Shown in pieces: positions 62,277 to 64,000 of a stretch of DNA of 64,000 bases (position 1 is the first letter of the stretch; every line of letters starts with the position of its first letter). The DNA is taken from the NCBI RefSeq assembly GCF_009914755.1, contig NC_060927.1; one strand, 5' to 3'. Under the pieces are notes generated by a model. It saw only the letters and a list, made by a program, of their open reading frames with translations. It made no database searches and was not told where the DNA came from. The stretch comes from the human T2T-CHM13v2.0 reference genome, Homo sapiens. The position numbers and the translations under genes were made by a program.

Positions 62277-62717
62277 TGTGGCAGAAACTACTCATTGCCA
62301 ATCAAAATGCCCTCAAATTGTGGTAATTGAATGGTGGCCATTTCTCAGCTTCCCTTGCAGTTTGGGGTAGGGGTCAGTGGGGATGGTGGTGCTGTGGTGT
62401 GCTTGACTAAGTCCCTGCCAATGGCGTGTGAGGAGATGAGATCTGAGTCAGAGCTTTTAGGAAAGTGGAACTGCCTCCTCAAGCTCTTTCTTCCCTGCAT
62501 AGAATGGAGCAAGAATTGAACATGCAGATGAGGATGACACCCTTGGGGATGGAGGAGAAAGAAGTTACAAGGAACAGGGGACCCTGGATAATGGCATGGG
62601 GTAGGTCTTCCTGCTAGTTTGGGACTTTTATTGCACACGAAAGAAATAAAGTATCTTGTTTGGGCAATTCCATTTTGGGGAATCTTTTATAGCTACTAGT
62701 GTTACCCTAAGTAATAA
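62277..62717 (+). mobile_element. Old MaLR LTR (MLT1I/J-like)
   Basis: Motifs catttctcagcttcccttgcagtttgggg and ggactttta...agaaataaa. Confidence 0.6.
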
Positions 62718-63630
62718 ATGGACCTCAAGAATCATCAATACCAGTTTCCTAAACTTTATAACTTTTGTCATTTCTGTACTTTATTGCTATTTATACAATG
62801 TATTTTGTAATTAATACAGTTCTATTACTTATATAGGCAAAATCTACTTAAGCCTTGCCTAAATTATGTCTGTGAAATCGCCAGTTTGAAGTGCTAATTA
62901 TATTTTTAAATATATATGAAAATAAATGCACAATTATTAAAATAAAATGTTCATCTGTTTTCCATCTGATCTCATAGCACATGAAATCCAATTTAATTTC
63001 AACCACGCATTTTACTAATGAAAAAGCTGCGGCCCAAATGCCATATTTTCAAAATTAGACTGAGGACCTACATCTAGTTTGAGACTTTTTCCACATACCT
63101 TATTATGCTACTTTCCTTTTTCTTGTAAGTTTAACATGTGATTCCTGGGCACAAAGCCTTCCAAGAAATGATTCAAACTACTTGCAAGCTACTGTCCCAC
63201 TGGTGTTTAGAGACTCTCTTTGAAGAGAAAAGAGTAAAAGTTATTGTCCTGGACATGCCAATGGACAAACAGAAGCACAGAATAGTCTGTAACTCCTCAA
63301 GGCTGGCTCACATAGAGTTTATGTCTTTTCATGTTCACTTTCTTCTCCATTTATTTGCTCGGTTAGTATGGATTGATGAGATCACATCCAGAATGCAGAT
63401 CGTGGATTTCTCAGATTTAAAGTTAAGGGAATTTTCCAAACTACTTTTTGGTCTGGAGGTAGTCTACAAATCTGATGGTCTAGAAGACTTATCAGTGAAT
63501 AACTAAGGTTTTGTTAGAATGGGTCAAATTAAATATTTTTATTACTTTAGGATTTATATAGTAGATATCAAAAAGAAGTGAAATGATATGGCAACTACCC
63601 ATAATTCTGACCTTAAAAATTTAGAGATAG

Positions 63631-63999
<369 letters not shown>

Positions 64000-64000
64000 T

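Noticed and set aside
63138-63506. 122-aa plus-strand ORF (likewise 39388..39756)
   Set aside because: No family resemblance or supporting splice structure; the length is within chance for 64 kb.

Overview
Primate (very probably human) genomic DNA, repeat-rich and CpG-depleted. The only protein-coding content I can support is the 3' half of PEX5L (TRIP8b/PEX5R) on the minus strand. Seven GT-AG exons (33385-33501, 29386-29529, 25328-25398, 23003-23200, 21799-21964, 21201-21358, 15354-15558) splice into 352 codons plus TGA. They encode the end of the HCN-binding core and the whole TPR domain, followed by a roughly 6.9 kb 3' UTR ending near 8480. Everything right of 33501 appears to be one long intron. 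Bases 1 to about 2930 look like the end of a convergent plus-strand 3' UTR (USP13, from recalled synteny only). The rest is Alu, L1, L2, MIR, MaLR/ERVL/ERV1 LTRs and hAT/Tigger fossils, and almost all ORF-track entries outside the exons are repeat-derived. I found no convincing new multi-gene system. The best second-look items are: a 700-bp repeat that reads as about 15 consensus 5' splice sites in the PEX5L pre-mRNA; a perfect 22-bp pre-miRNA-sized hairpin; inverted Alus bracketing an in-frame exon; an atypical young AluYb nested in an older Alu; a candidate poison exon; a CpG-rich coding exon; and an ERV env relic. Repeat subfamily names come from recalled consensus sequences, and repeat boundaries are approximate.
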